Positions 22,501 to 31,244 of a stretch of 41,413 nucleotides of DNA are shown here, piece by piece. The notes beneath the pieces are model-generated. The model was not told where the DNA came from, did no database searches, and saw nothing but the letters and a program-made list of their open reading frames with translations. The stretch is from Candidatus Binatia bacterium (GTDB lineage Bacteria; Desulfobacterota; Binatia; UBA9968; CAXXLF01): the NCBI GenBank assembly GCA_036443615.1, contig JAZFYO010000457.1, positions 1 to 41,413 on the forward strand, read 5' to 3'. The translations under genes and the position numbers were made by a program. Numbering within the stretch: position 1 is the stretch's first letter; each line of letters opens with the position of its first letter.

Positions 22501-23640
22501 GGGGCGCATCCTACGATAGATCTCTATAATGGCATCCTTAGGAGAATTGACCTTGTCCTGAAGCAGGGTATTACGCAGATAAGGGCCCGCGGACGAGTCA
22601 CCCACAAAGAGAACATCGATCTGGGTAATTCCTCTGTCCCTGATTTGATCCAGTCTCTCCTGGGTAATCTCCTGGTTACATTCCACCACAACCTCGTGGG
22701 ATTCAGGATCCAAGATGTCGTGAGCGGCGATGCGTCCAATGACGTCTTCCATGGCAATCGGGACATGCTTGATCCGCGAGACCTCCATTTGGCGAATCTG
22801 CGCACGGGTCAGTCTCTTGCCCTCTCGAATAATCAACTCGTTGCTTTTGGGATCCCGTATGTCTCGAGCAGCCTTGAGCCCCAGGTGCTGGTCGGGCTTA
22901 AAAACCAACGTGGGCTTGCGCCCTTCAATGACAATAGTATCGCTCGTATAGAAATAATTGAGCAGGTCCTCCGTGGTCATGCCCAAGGCACGAAGCAACA
23001 CTGTGGTGTGAAATTTCCGTCTCCTGTCGATGCGGACGTATAGGATATCTCTCGGATCAAACTCAAAATCGAGCCATGAGCCACGGTATGGAATCACCCG
23101 AGCCGAATAGAGGAGCTTTCCGCTTGCATGGGTCTTTCCCTTGTCGTGCTCTAAGAACACTCCTGGGGAGCGGTGGAGCTGGCTGACGATGACTCGTTCA
23201 GTCCCATTAATCATAAAAGTGCCGTTCTTGGTCATCAACGGGATCTCACCAAAATAGACCTCCTGCTCCTTAACGTTCCGGATACTGCGGTTGCTGGAAT
23301 GGGGATCCACGTCCCATAAAACCATCTGTACGGTCACTTTTAGCGGTGCTGCAAAGGTCATGCCCCTCTGGTAACACTCAACCACATCGTACTTTGGTTC
23401 GCCCAAGTTATAGCCGACGAACTCCAATGAGGAAGTTTCGTTAAAGTCCTTGATGGGGAAAACCGATTTAAAAACTCCCTGAAGCCCGATGTTTTGTCGC
23501 TGATCCGGTGCAACGTCTTTCTGCAGGAAGAGCTCATAGGAGTTCATCTGGATTTCGATCAAGTATGGGAGGTCAATGATTTTTTTTATCCTACCAAAAT
23601 TACGCCGAAACCTTAGATTGTTAGCCACCTGATCGGCCAT
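19516..23640 (-). CDS. rpoB: DNA-directed RNA polymerase subunit beta
   Basis: 1374-aa ORF with conserved beta segments ([31 protein letters not shown]-type region). It ends 3 nt before rpoC. Confidence 0.98.
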   Translation of the reverse strand: MADQVANNLRFRRNFGRIKKIIDLPYLIEIQMNSYELFLQKDVAPDQRQNIGLQGVFKSVFPIKDFNETSSLEFVGYNLGEPKYDVVECYQRGMTFAAPLKVTVQMVLWDVDPHSSNRSIRNVKEQEVYFGEIPLMTKNGTFMINGTERVIVSQLHRSPGVFLEHDKGKTHASGKLLYSARVIPYRGSWLDFEFDPRDILYVRIDRRRKFHTTVLLRALGMTTEDLLNYFYTSDTIVIEGRKPTLVFKPDQHLGLKAARDIRDPKSNELIIREGKRLTRAQIRQMEVSRIKHVPIAMEDVIGRIAAHDILDPESHEVVVECNQEITQERLDQIRDRGITQIDVLFVGDSSAGPYLRNTLLQDKVNSPKDAIIEIYRRMRPGDPPTLETATTFFNNLFFNPDRYDLSKVGRLKLNHRLKLNVPLDQGTLRKEDILEVVRYLVELRSGNGFVDDIDHLGNRRVRPVGELVENHFRMGLVRMERAIKEKMSLQDIDALMPQELINYKPVSAALKEFFGSSQLSQFLDQTNPLSEITHKRRLSALGPGGLTRERAGFEVRDVHPTHYGRVCPIETPEGPNIGLIASLSTYARVNEFGFIETPYREAENGRVTERIRYLSALDEEEHVIAQANAPIDARGNFTSDLISARKGGEFVMARREDVGFMDVSPNQLVSVAAALIPFLENDDANRALMGSNMQRQAVPLLRTEAPLIGTGMESIVARDSGATVVVKRDGVVESVDSTRIVMKADRPSGSHRDTGVDIYNLVKFQRSNQNTCINQRPVVFVGDHVKAGEAIADGPSTETGELALGRNLMVALIPWGGYNFEDSILISERVVKEDVFTSVHIEEFECVSRDTKLGPEEITRDIPNVGDESLKDLDDSGIIRIGAEVVPGNILVGKITPKGETQLSPEEKLLRAIFGEKAGEVRDTSLRVPPGVEGTAISVRIFSRKGIGKDERSQVIEDEEISRLKKDQQDEIRIIHEGALNRLKKLLVERSVSARITDDNGKVLLNKGKELTDEDLDHIPRAYWGDIRVDHESVEGEVKRVVESTTEQIDRIKTGFQDKINKLKSGDELPPGVIKMVKVLVAIKRKLQVGDKMAGRHGNKGVISCILAEENMPYMEDGTPVDIVLNPLGVPSRMNVGQILEAHLGWAARSLGKQIDELLNGAHPDTDSLRRRLKEYLGSREISEFIEGLNDQDVVKLSQKYRNGIHLASPVFDGSREDEIFELLKKGGLPETGQVTLYDGRTGEPFDGKVTVGIMYIMKLHHLVDDKLHARSTGPYSLVTQQPLGGKAQFGGQRLGEMEVWALEGYGAAYTLQEMLTVKSDDVAGRTRMYEGIFKGDNILEPGLPESFNVMIKELQSLCLDIELIESDKGKKGV

Positions 23641-23718
23641 GAGGTCTCCTTTTTTGTAACGAAGCGTTCAGAGAACAGCTTCCAGCCTGCTGATTGCTAT
23701 CAGCTGATCGACGACGAT

Positions 23719-24096
23719 CTACTTGATCTCGACTTTGCCCCCGGCCTCTTCGATCTTCTTCTTGATCGTCTCCGCGTCGGCCTTGGAAACGCCTTCCTTC
23801 ACCGCTTTGGGGGCCCCCTCCACCAGATCCTTCGCCTCTTTTAAGCCCAAAGTTGTCAGCTCGCGGACTACCTTAATGACCTGGATCTTCTTGTCCCCTG
23901 CACCGGTGAGAACCGCGCTGAATTCCGTTTGTTCTTCCTCAACGCTGGAAGCGCCGGCCTGAGGTGCCGCGAAGGCCACCGGCGCCGCCGCACTCACCCC
24001 CAACTCTTCCTCCAACTCCTTGACCAAGGCCGCAGCCTCCATCAAACTCATGTTCTTGATAAAGCCTTTCACCTGTTCTCGCGTGACTTCTTCCAT
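23719..24096 (-). CDS. rplL: 50S ribosomal protein L7/L12
   Basis: 125-aa acidic, Ala-rich ORF with a hinge and a C-terminal [21 protein letters not shown]. Confidence 0.97.
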   Translation of the reverse strand: MEEVTREQVKGFIKNMSLMEAAALVKELEEELGVSAAAPVAFAAPQAGASSVEEEQTEFSAVLTGAGDKKIQVIKVVRELTTLGLKEAKDLVEGAPKAVKEGVSKADAETIKKKIEEAGGKVEIK

Positions 24097-24173
24097 GGAA
24101 TCTTCCCCCTTCTAGTATTTTGGCTTTCAGCAACTAGCCTCGATCAGATCTGAAGCTGGATTATCGCTATCCC

Positions 24174-24707
24174 TTACTGTGATTCTTCTTTTCCTTTGCG
24201 TAGCGCCTCCAATAGTCGAACCATCCTCCCCCCTGGTTCCTGGATCAGCCGCAGAAGACTTGCTGCAGATATCTGCATTATAGAGAGCAGCCTAGCTTGA
24301 AGCTCGGTCCGACTTGGCAGCTTTGCCAGGTCCTTGACCCGCACCTGATCCATGAACTCCCCTTCCAGGAGTCCTCCCTTAATCCTCAGCTTCTCGTTTT
24401 GCTCTGAAAACTTGATCAGGGCCTTTGACAGCGTCACCGGATCCTCATAGGCAAAGACCCATCCGTTGGGGCCCTTCAGGAGGTGATCCAAGGAACTATA
24501 TGCCGTATCCTTTAACGCTCGCCGGACCAAGGTGTTCTTGATCACTTTATATTCGCCAGATGCCGCATGTATCTCGCTGCGCAGCCGGGCCATCTCGGCC
24601 ACAGTGAGGCCTTTATATTCTGTCACGATGGCCATCCTGGCCACCTTGAACTTATCCTGGACCTGACCTACATGTTCGGCTTTTCTTTCTCGATCCAAAG
24701 AAGGCAC
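24174..24707 (-). CDS. rplJ: 50S ribosomal protein L10
   Basis: 177-aa ORF between rplA and rplL with L10-type sequence (GLTVAEMARLRSEI...KVIKNTL). Confidence 0.95.
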   Translation of the reverse strand: MPSLDRERKAEHVGQVQDKFKVARMAIVTEYKGLTVAEMARLRSEIHAASGEYKVIKNTLVRRALKDTAYSSLDHLLKGPNGWVFAYEDPVTLSKALIKFSEQNEKLRIKGGLLEGEFMDQVRVKDLAKLPSRTELQARLLSIMQISAASLLRLIQEPGGRMVRLLEALRKGKEESQ

Positions 24708-24723
24708 CTCCGACCCGTATCAC

Positions 24724-25428
24724 CTATGTTGCTGTTGCATGCAGTTGAGACGGATCCAGCTTGATCCCCGGCCCCATAGTTGCAGAGATGGCTACGCCGC
24801 GGATGTAGTTGCCCTTTGCCGAGGGTGGCTTAACTCGCATCAGCGCAGACAGAACGGTACTAGTATTTTCCAAGAGTCTATCCTGCTCAAATGAAACCTT
24901 ACCGATGGGCAAATGGACGATCCCGGCTTTGTCGACCCTAAACTCAAGCTTTCCCGCCTTAATCTCACGAACTGCCTTACCAATCTCAAAAGTGACTGTC
25001 CCAACTTTCGGATTGGGCATCAAACCCCGTGGACCCAGTATCTTGCCAATTTTTCCTACTGCCCCCATCATGTCTGGGGTCGCAACGGCCTTGTCGAATT
25101 CAAGCCAGCCTTCTCTGATCTTCTTGACGAGATCATCACCCCCAACAATGTCGGCCCCGGCTTCCTGGGCCTCTTTCTCTTTCTCGCCTTTAGCGAAGGC
25201 CAAAACTCGAACTTCTTTCCCCAGCCCGTGGGGAAGCACTACTGTCCCTCGAACGTTCTGGTCTGCCTGCCTGGGATCCACCCCTAACCGCACGGCCAAC
25301 TCCACGGTCTCGTCAAATTTAGCATGTGCAGTCTCCTTCAATATTCCCACTCCCTCTAACAAGGTGTACTTATGGTCACGATTTACCTTGGCCAAGGCGG
25401 CACGATAGGATTTTCCTCTGCCTTTCAT
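24724..25428 (-). CDS. rplA: 50S ribosomal protein L1
   Basis: 234-aa ORF with L1-type sequence ([31 protein letters not shown]). Confidence 0.97.
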   Translation of the reverse strand: MKGRGKSYRAALAKVNRDHKYTLLEGVGILKETAHAKFDETVELAVRLGVDPRQADQNVRGTVVLPHGLGKEVRVLAFAKGEKEKEAQEAGADIVGGDDLVKKIREGWLEFDKAVATPDMMGAVGKIGKILGPRGLMPNPKVGTVTFEIGKAVREIKAGKLEFRVDKAGIVHLPIGKVSFEQDRLLENTSTVLSALMRVKPPSAKGNYIRGVAISATMGPGIKLDPSQLHATAT

Positions 25429-25446
25429 GTGATTCTCCCCGATTTT

Positions 25447-25872
25447 CTATTCCTCAATTTCCAGACCCAGGCTTCTTGCCGTCCCTTCCACCGTCCTCTC
25501 GGCAATCTCTAAGTCCCTGGCATTTAAGTCGCTCAATTTAGCCTGTGCGACCTCTCGAATTTGTGCCCGGGTAACCTTCCCTACGCTTACCTTTCCGGGC
25601 TCCGCAGATCCCTTTTCGATCCCTGCTGCCTTCTTCAGCAAAACCGAGGCAGGCGGAGTCTTAGTGATAAAAGTGAATGAACGATCCGCATAGACCGTCA
25701 CAATGACCGGAATGATCATCCCTGGTTGTGATTGAGTTGCAGCATTAAAGGCCTTGCAAAACTCCATGATGTTAACACCCCGTTGGCCTAATGCTGGGCC
25801 GACGGGAGGACTAGGGTTTGCCTGACCCGCGGGAATTTGAAGTTTGATCTCTCCTATAACCTTCTTAGCCAT
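25447..25872 (-). CDS. rplK: 50S ribosomal protein L11
   Basis: Starts [40 protein letters not shown]. The ATG at 25872 is preceded by GAGGAG with a 7-nt spacing. The ORF-track start at 25890 adds 6 residues with no SD. Confidence 0.95.
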   Translation of the reverse strand: MAKKVIGEIKLQIPAGQANPSPPVGPALGQRGVNIMEFCKAFNAATQSQPGMIIPVIVTVYADRSFTFITKTPPASVLLKKAAGIEKGSAEPGKVSVGKVTRAQIREVAQAKLSDLNARDLEIAERTVEGTARSLGLEIEE

Positions 25873-25962
25873 AGAAAAACTCCTCAGCAATCAGGGTGCA
25901 TCAACGCCGGGTTCATCGGGCAAAACCTAAAGAATGATCGTTGACGGCTAAGCGCTGAGTTC

Positions 25963-26493
25963 TCAACTGCGTTCCACCTGAACAAAATCCAACTCCACTG
26001 GTGTGGCACGGCCAAATATGCTGATCAAAACGCGGAGCTTGCCTTTATCAGGCCGTACTTCGTCCACCACTCCATTAAAATCCGAAAAAGGCCCGTCGAT
26101 GACTTTAATGTTCTCCCCAGCAGAAAAGATGACCCGAGGTCTCGGCTTGATTGCCCCTTCCTCCATCTGCCGTGTTATCTCTTTAATCTCCTCGTCGCTG
26201 ACGGAAGGGGGGTGGAGGCCTCCCCCAACGAACCCTGTCACCTTGGGCGTTCCCTTGACGATATGCCAAGTCTCATCGTTGAGCTCCATCTGTGCGAGGA
26301 TATAACCTGGGAAAAACTTCCTAGACGATGTCTTCTTCTTCCCCTTGACTAGCTCTACCACCTTCTCCGCTGGAACTATGATATCACCGAAGAAGTCCTG
26401 CTTGCTCAGGGCCTTGATCCTATCCTCCAAAGCCGCCTTGGCCTTATGCTCAAAACCCGAAAACGTATGCACCACGTACCAATTTTTTGCCAT
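25963..26493 (-). CDS. nusG: transcription termination/antitermination factor NusG
   Basis: 176-aa ORF with an NGN domain (WYVVHTFSGFEHKAK) and a C-terminal KOW (IKVIDGPFSDFNGVV). Confidence 0.96.
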   Translation of the reverse strand: MAKNWYVVHTFSGFEHKAKAALEDRIKALSKQDFFGDIIVPAEKVVELVKGKKKTSSRKFFPGYILAQMELNDETWHIVKGTPKVTGFVGGGLHPPSVSDEEIKEITRQMEEGAIKPRPRVIFSAGENIKVIDGPFSDFNGVVDEVRPDKGKLRVLISIFGRATPVELDFVQVERS

Positions 26494-26514
26494 GCAGGAA
26501 GACCTATCAGAAAC

Positions 26515-26730
26515 TTAACTGAGCAGAGCCTTAATTGTCCGCGTGAGACCAAAATCTACCATTGCCAGGAATACGGCTATGATCAAGACCAAAATCAATA
26601 CGACCACGGTTGCCGCATAGGTTTCCTTCCTAGTCGGCCAATGAACCCGCTTGAGCTCTTGCCAGGCCTCCTTAAAAAACCCGATGGATTGGCGAACGTT
26701 AGCTCCAATCTTCTGAATCGATTTACCCAT
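26515..26730 (-). CDS. secE: preprotein translocase subunit SecE
   Basis: Single-TM small protein (KEAWQELKRVHWPTRKETYAATVVVLILVLIIAVF) upstream of nusG. The ORF-track ATG at 26751 lies only 2 nt after the tRNA-Trp 3' end and leaves no room for an RBS, so the second ATG (26730) is preferred. The start is uncertain. Confidence 0.88.
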   Translation of the reverse strand: MGKSIQKIGANVRQSIGFFKEAWQELKRVHWPTRKETYAATVVVLILVLIIAVFLAMVDFGLTRTIKALLS

Positions 26731-26753
26731 AAACCTGCCGAACGCGACCATTA

Positions 26754-26831
26754 TGGCGGGTCAGGCAGGACTCGAACCTGCAACAACCGGATTTGGAGTC
26801 CGGCGCTCTAGCCAATTGGAGCTACTGACCC
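26754..26831 (-). tRNA. trnW: tRNA-Trp (anticodon CCA), CCA end encoded
   Basis: Hand-folded cloverleaf on the minus strand: acceptor GGGTCAG/CTGACCC, anticodon stem CCGGA/TCCGG with loop CTCCAAA, T arm GCAGG-TTCGAGT-CCTGC, discriminator G, CCA. Confidence 0.9.
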
Positions 26832-26848
26832 CGACGTCTCCTTTGCCG

Positions 26849-27001
26849 TTACAATTTGATTTCCCGGTGAGTGGTATGGGCCCGGCAGAAAGAGCAGAAC
26901 TTCTTAAAAGCTAACTTGTCGGTGGTGATCTTTTTGTTTTTTGTCGAGGTATAGTTTTTCCGCTTGCACCGATCACAAGCAAAACCAATTAGATCTCGCA
27001 T
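26849..27001 (-). CDS. rpmG: 50S ribosomal protein L33 (zinc-ribbon C+ form), 50 aa
   Basis: Not in the ORF track because it is under 60 aa. The minus strand translates to MRDLIGFACDRCKRKNYTSTKNKKITTDKLAFKKFCSFCRAHTTHREIKL followed by a stop. It lies between tuf and tRNA-Trp/secE, as in many bacteria. Confidence 0.9.
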   Translation of the reverse strand: MRDLIGFACDRCKRKNYTSTKNKKITTDKLAFKKFCSFCRAHTTHREIKL

Positions 27002-27027
27002 AATGTTTTCCGCTGGCCTAGCCTGCG

Positions 27028-28221
27028 TTACTCAATAATCTTAGTGACCACACCTGCCCCTACAGTTCTCCCCCCCTCACGTATGGCAAATCTTAGACCC
27101 TCCTCTATGGCAACTTTGGTAATGAGATCGATTTCCATAGTTACGTTGTCTCCCGGCATGATCATCTCTGTCCCCTCGGGTAGTTTCGTCACACCCGTCA
27201 CATCGGTCGTCCGGATATAAAATTGTGGCCGGTACCCATTGAAAAATGGCGTATGCCTTCCCCCTTCTTCCTTGGTGAGAACATAGGCTTCTGCATTGAA
27301 CTTGTTGTGCGGGGTAATGCTACCCGGTTTGGCCAGGACTTGACCCCTCTCAATATCTTCCCGCTTAATCCCTCTAAGAAGCACGCCGATATTGTCGCCC
27401 GCACGCCCCTCGTCGAGAAGCTTGCGAAACATCTCCACCCCGGTGGCCACGGTCTTCTGGGTATCCTTAAACCCCACCATTTCAACCTGATCCCCTACCT
27501 TAACGATGCCTCTCTCCACTCTCCCCGTCACCACTGTACCCCGACCGCTGATGGTAAAAACGTCTTCCACGGGCATGCTGAACGGCATATCCACATCTCG
27601 AACCGGCTCCGGAATATAGCTATCCACAGCTTCCATTAGCTTAAGAATGGCCCCCTCGGCAATCTCGCTGGTATCTCCCTCCAACGCCTTCAATGCGCTC
27701 CCAACTACCAACGGGATCTCATCTCCAGGAAATTTATATTTGGAAAGCAACTCTCTGACTTCCAACTCAACAAGGTCGATCAGTTCTTTGTCGTCAACGG
27801 CGTCGGCCTTATTGAGGAATACCACCATCGAGGGGACACCGACTTGCCGCGCAAGCAAAATGTGCTCACGGGTCTGCGGCATAGGTCCATCCGCCGCAGA
27901 CACAACCAGAATGGCGCCGTCCATTTGCGCTGCCCCGGTGATCATGTTCTTGACATAGTCCGCGTGGCCTGGACAATCCACGTGGGCATAATGTCTATTG
28001 GCGGTCTCGTACTCCACGTGGGCAATGTTGATTGTGAGGCCCCTTTCCTTTTCCTCTGGAGCTTTATCGATTTGGTCATAGGCCAAAAAACTTGCCGTGC
28101 CCTGTTTCTCCAACACCTTGGTGATAGCGGCGGTCAATGTGGTTTTTCCGTGATCCACATGGCCGATTGTTCCGATATTGAGATGGGGTTTCTTCCTCTC
28201 AAATTTCTTCTTACTCATCAT
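27028..28221 (-). CDS. tuf: elongation factor Tu
   Basis: 397-aa ORF with [18 protein letters not shown] and NKAD and the typical EF-Tu domains II/III. The start could be the second Met. Confidence 0.98.
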   Translation of the reverse strand: MMSKKKFERKKPHLNIGTIGHVDHGKTTLTAAITKVLEKQGTASFLAYDQIDKAPEEKERGLTINIAHVEYETANRHYAHVDCPGHADYVKNMITGAAQMDGAILVVSAADGPMPQTREHILLARQVGVPSMVVFLNKADAVDDKELIDLVELEVRELLSKYKFPGDEIPLVVGSALKALEGDTSEIAEGAILKLMEAVDSYIPEPVRDVDMPFSMPVEDVFTISGRGTVVTGRVERGIVKVGDQVEMVGFKDTQKTVATGVEMFRKLLDEGRAGDNIGVLLRGIKREDIERGQVLAKPGSITPHNKFNAEAYVLTKEEGGRHTPFFNGYRPQFYIRTTDVTGVTKLPEGTEMIMPGDNVTMEIDLITKVAIEEGLRFAIREGGRTVGAGVVTKIIE

Positions 28222-28311
28222 TGCCTCCTACATATTGTTCGGCAGCCAAATTTTAACAATCAGATTTTTTATTAAAGATGCATTCCTCACAACCGCCTAT
28301 TCCAGGCGAAA

Positions 28312-28384
28312 GCCCAGGAGCGGGTTTGAACCGCCGACCTCGTCCTTACCAAGGACGTGCTCTACCAACTGAGCTACCTGGGCA
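28312..28384 (-). tRNA. tRNA-Thr (anticodon GGT)
   Basis: Minus-strand cloverleaf: acceptor GCCCAGG/CCTGGGC, anticodon stem CGTCC/GGACG with loop TTGGTAA, T loop TTCAAAC. No CCA is encoded. Confidence 0.9.
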
Positions 28385-28472
28385 CTTCAAATAGAAGGTA
28401 GGTAGCTGATAGTGTTTTTGAGACCTGATCAGAGGGAATCCTACAACCATCTGCCCTGCGCCATTGCCGATT

Positions 28473-28549
28473 TGGAGCGGGAAACGGGATTCGAACCCGC
28501 GACCCCGAGCTTGGAAGGCTCGTGCTCTAACCAACTGAGCTATTCCCGC
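28473..28549 (-). tRNA. tRNA-Gly (anticodon TCC), CCA end encoded
   Basis: Minus-strand cloverleaf: acceptor GCGGGAA/TTCCCGC, anticodon stem CGAGC/GCTCG with loop CTTCCAA, T arm GCGGG-TTCGAAT-CCCGT. Confidence 0.9.
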
Positions 28550-28600
28550 TTAGTTAATGAACTAGCCCTTCTAAAACTCGTATCTAACTTGCACAATAAA

Positions 28601-28685
<85 letters not shown>

Positions 28686-28773
28686 TCGCCAGGTCAATGC
28701 CAAATCTACCGAGCGTACATGAATCAAAAACCTTCTTGCATCCAACTCGACCACCAGTCTTACATCGTCAATC

Positions 28774-28848
28774 TGGAGCTGGCGATAGGAGTTGAACCTA
28801 CAACCTGCTGATTACAAATCAGCTGCTCTACCGTTGAGCTACGCCAGC
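28774..28848 (-). tRNA. tRNA-Thr (anticodon TGT), CCA end encoded
   Basis: Minus-strand cloverleaf: acceptor GCTGGCG/CGCCAGC, anticodon stem GCTGA/TCAGC with loop TTTGTAA, T arm GTAGG-TTCAACT-CCTAT. Confidence 0.9.
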
Positions 28849-28998
28849 TCGAAACAAAAAAAAACACCACGGCAGCGTCGCTCTCTCATGCCTAATTAAG
28901 TTGGCGCGGAGAAGCAGCCCACGTTAAAGTAGGATTGAATCCTTAGCCGCTAAGGCAAACGTAAGGATAATGGATACTTGCCCCTTTTGTAAGACGAC

Positions 28999-29028
28999 AT
29001 TTTAAGCACCCTTAAGGCAAAATGTCAA
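28999..29028 (-). promoter_or_regulatory. putative sigma70-type promoter of the tRNA(Thr-Tyr-Gly-Thr)-tuf transcription unit
   Basis: The minus strand reads TTGACA (29023-29028), an 18-nt spacer, then TAAAAT (28999-29004). This lies about 150 nt upstream of the first tRNA. Confidence 0.5.
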
Positions 29029-29228
29029 TAGCCCCAGTCATTTTTTATCTCGAAACCCATCTGACCCCCGCTTTTCAATCAAGTTATATCGAACACGGGG
29101 TTTGAATCCCCGTGTTCGACCAATGGGGAGAGCTGCCTCTTCTCCCCTTTGGAAACCCCATCGGCTTTGTGCCCGCCTCAAGAGGCGGGGTTTACATTCA
29201 ATAAATCCCTTGTATAGCCTCTATTTCT

Positions 29229-30011
29229 TTAAATACCGGTCCTCTGCCTAACTAGCTCATAGAGGAATATCCCAGCCGAAACCGACACATTGAGAGATGT
29301 GATCTTTCCCCTCATAGGAATAAACGTAAGAAAATCACACTCTTGCCGAATTAAAGGACGTATCCCTGCCCCTTCACTTCCCACCACCACCACCAACTTT
29401 TCAGGATAAGACCTGCCGAAAATCACCTCTTTTCCACCTACATGCAGGCCTATCACCCAATACCCAATGCCTTTAAGCTCCAAAATTGCCCGTCTGAGGT
29501 TGGTAACTCGGTAGATCCTGAGGTGGAGGGCTGCCCCAGCTGAGGTTTTGACAACAGTGGGGGTTACCCCAACGGAGCGATCCCTAGGGATAATTACGTC
29601 ATGGATACCCATTCCCTCAGCGGTTCGCAATAAGCTCCCGAGGTTACGAGGGTCGGTCACTCCATCTAAGACCAAAATCCAATTGTGCCCAGCCGAATGG
29701 CGGAGGTCTTTAATAAGATCAGCAAAGTCGGAGTAAGTATATGAGAGTACTTTTGCACCGACCCCTTGATGTCTCACCCTCCCCGCTAACCGATCCAACA
29801 CCTGAGATTCGACATAACGAATGGGGAGTCCCAGGCGGCTTGCCTCTTTCTCCAGAGACCTCAGAGCATCCCGATGACGTCCTCTGGTAATTAAGACCTC
29901 GACTACCTCTTGGGGAGAGCCCTTCAGCTTTTCCATGACGGGATGGAACCCAAAAAGAAATAGAAATTTTTCCTCGCTGGCCACAAAATAGTCCCCCCTT
30001 TCATTAAGCAT
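29229..30011 (-). CDS. rlmB: SpoU/TrmH-family RNA 2'-O-methyltransferase, RlmB-like (23S rRNA Gm methyltransferase)
   Basis: 260-aa ORF with an N-terminal L30e-like substrate-binding region (FGFHPVMEKL...VLITRG). The C-terminal SpoU motifs are LVLDGVTDPRNLGSLLRTA, VVVGSEGAGIRP and SLNVSVSAGIFLYE. Confidence 0.85.
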   Translation of the reverse strand: MLNERGDYFVASEEKFLFLFGFHPVMEKLKGSPQEVVEVLITRGRHRDALRSLEKEASRLGLPIRYVESQVLDRLAGRVRHQGVGAKVLSYTYSDFADLIKDLRHSAGHNWILVLDGVTDPRNLGSLLRTAEGMGIHDVIIPRDRSVGVTPTVVKTSAGAALHLRIYRVTNLRRAILELKGIGYWVIGLHVGGKEVIFGRSYPEKLVVVVGSEGAGIRPLIRQECDFLTFIPMRGKITSLNVSVSAGIFLYELVRQRTGI

Positions 30012-30049
30012 TTTACAAAAAAAGATGCACCAGATAGCATGGACCCAAG

Positions 30050-31243
30050 GTGAGACGAATCCTCAGTATTTATTTGATTTCCGAGATCCTCCCTCCTTTT
30101 CTGATCGGGCTCCTGGCTTTTACAGTCATCCTTTTCACGGCCCGAATGTTGAAACTCGTCGAACTCGTGGTGACCCGTGGGCTTCCTTTGCTCAAGATAG
30201 GCAAGCTCTTCACCCTAATCCTTCCCACCTTTTTGGAAATGACCGTGCCAATGGCCCTACTGCTCGGAATCCTTTTGGGCCTGGGTAGGCTCTCCAGTGA
30301 CCAGGAGACTACCGCCCTTAAGGCCTCCGGGATTAGCCCCGTTCAGATCCTTTTGCCCATTGGTATGCTTGCTTTGTTCATCTCCTTGCTCTCTCTTCTA
30401 ATCACTACTCTGGTTCGTCCAGTGGCCAACCGGACGCTAAATAAAGAACTCTACAATATTGCAAAGGGGCATGTAGTAACCGCACTCAGGGAAAAGGTCT
30501 TCAACGATAATTTTCCTGATGTCCTCATCTATGTCGAGGAAGTGGTTCCACCGGGGAACGCCTCCCAAGGCATACTCATCGTGGACCGTCGCGATCCCGA
30601 TAGGGAAAACGTGATCTTCGGCAAGGTAGCCCTTTTCCTAACTGACGAAGAGTCACGGACCCTAAACTTGAAGATCTTCGACGGCATCATCCATGAAAGA
30701 GAAAAAAACACATCTAACTTCAGCCAAACCCATTTTAATGTCTATAATGTAAAACTCGACCTTGAGGAGGCATTCAGCCTTATACGAAAAAAAGAGAGGC
30801 GACCTAAGGAGATGTCGCTTCAGCAACTGGGAAGGACCATCCGGTCCAAAGAGGCCAAGGGGATTAAACCTACACCTGAGGTAATGGAGCTTCATCAGAG
30901 ATTCTCCTTTGCCTTCGCCCCCCTCGTTTTCAGTCTTCTCGGAGTCTCATTGGCTATGATGCCGACACCGTCCCGCACTGGCCGCTCTTGGGGACTTGCC
31001 TCATGCCTTTTTTGGCTGCTCGTCTACTACGGTCTGCTCTCCATAGGAAAAGCACTAGGGGAGAGAGAGATAATTTTCCCTGTCGTTGCCCTCTGGTTGC
31101 CCAACCTTGTCTTAGTCCTCATAGCTGCCTATTTTTTCCGCAAGGCCGTTCAGGAATCTCCACCGTTGATCCACGGGAGGCTGGGAAAAATTTTTTCATC
31201 CATGACCCGCCGGCTCGCTCCCGGACGGAGAAAGGGTTTTTAA
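30050..31243 (+). CDS. lptF: LPS export ABC transporter permease LptF (YjgP/YjgQ family)
   Basis: 397-aa ORF with a GTG start and an N-terminal ILSIYLISEILPPFLIGLLAF typical of LptF/G permeases. It has six predicted TM segments with a periplasmic beta-jellyroll insert and is paired with a second family member immediately downstream. Confidence 0.85.
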   Translation: MRRILSIYLISEILPPFLIGLLAFTVILFTARMLKLVELVVTRGLPLLKIGKLFTLILPTFLEMTVPMALLLGILLGLGRLSSDQETTALKASGISPVQILLPIGMLALFISLLSLLITTLVRPVANRTLNKELYNIAKGHVVTALREKVFNDNFPDVLIYVEEVVPPGNASQGILIVDRRDPDRENVIFGKVALFLTDEESRTLNLKIFDGIIHEREKNTSNFSQTHFNVYNVKLDLEEAFSLIRKKERRPKEMSLQQLGRTIRSKEAKGIKPTPEVMELHQRFSFAFAPLVFSLLGVSLAMMPTPSRTGRSWGLASCLFWLLVYYGLLSIGKALGEREIIFPVVALWLPNLVLVLIAAYFFRKAVQESPPLIHGRLGKIFSSMTRRLAPGRRKGF

Positions 31244-31244
31244 G

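Noticed and set aside
23641-23718. Possible rplL-rpoB attenuator, by analogy with the E. coli rplL-rpoB intergenic attenuator.
   Set aside because: Only short stems (GCTGAT/ATCAGC and GAAGC/GCTTC) are present, with no U-tract on the sense strand. That is too weak to call from sequence alone.
24809-25408. 199-aa plus-strand ORF opposite rplA. Similar cases are 12632-13210 opposite fusA, 1380-1937 opposite adk/secY, and 15860-16255 and 18106-18465 opposite rpoC.
   Set aside because: These are shadow ORFs antisense to highly conserved genes with S/P/R-rich translations. There is no independent support for them.
26446-26811. 121-aa plus-strand ORF across secE and tRNA-Trp.
   Set aside because: It is antisense to secE and overlaps tRNA-Trp, so it is a shadow frame.
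28895-28925. GGAGAAGCAGCC string resembling the SRP RNA helix-8 GGAAGCAGCC motif.
   Set aside because: There is no flanking helix or GNRA-type tetraloop context, and the segment lies within the predicted leader of the tRNA-tuf unit on the opposite strand.
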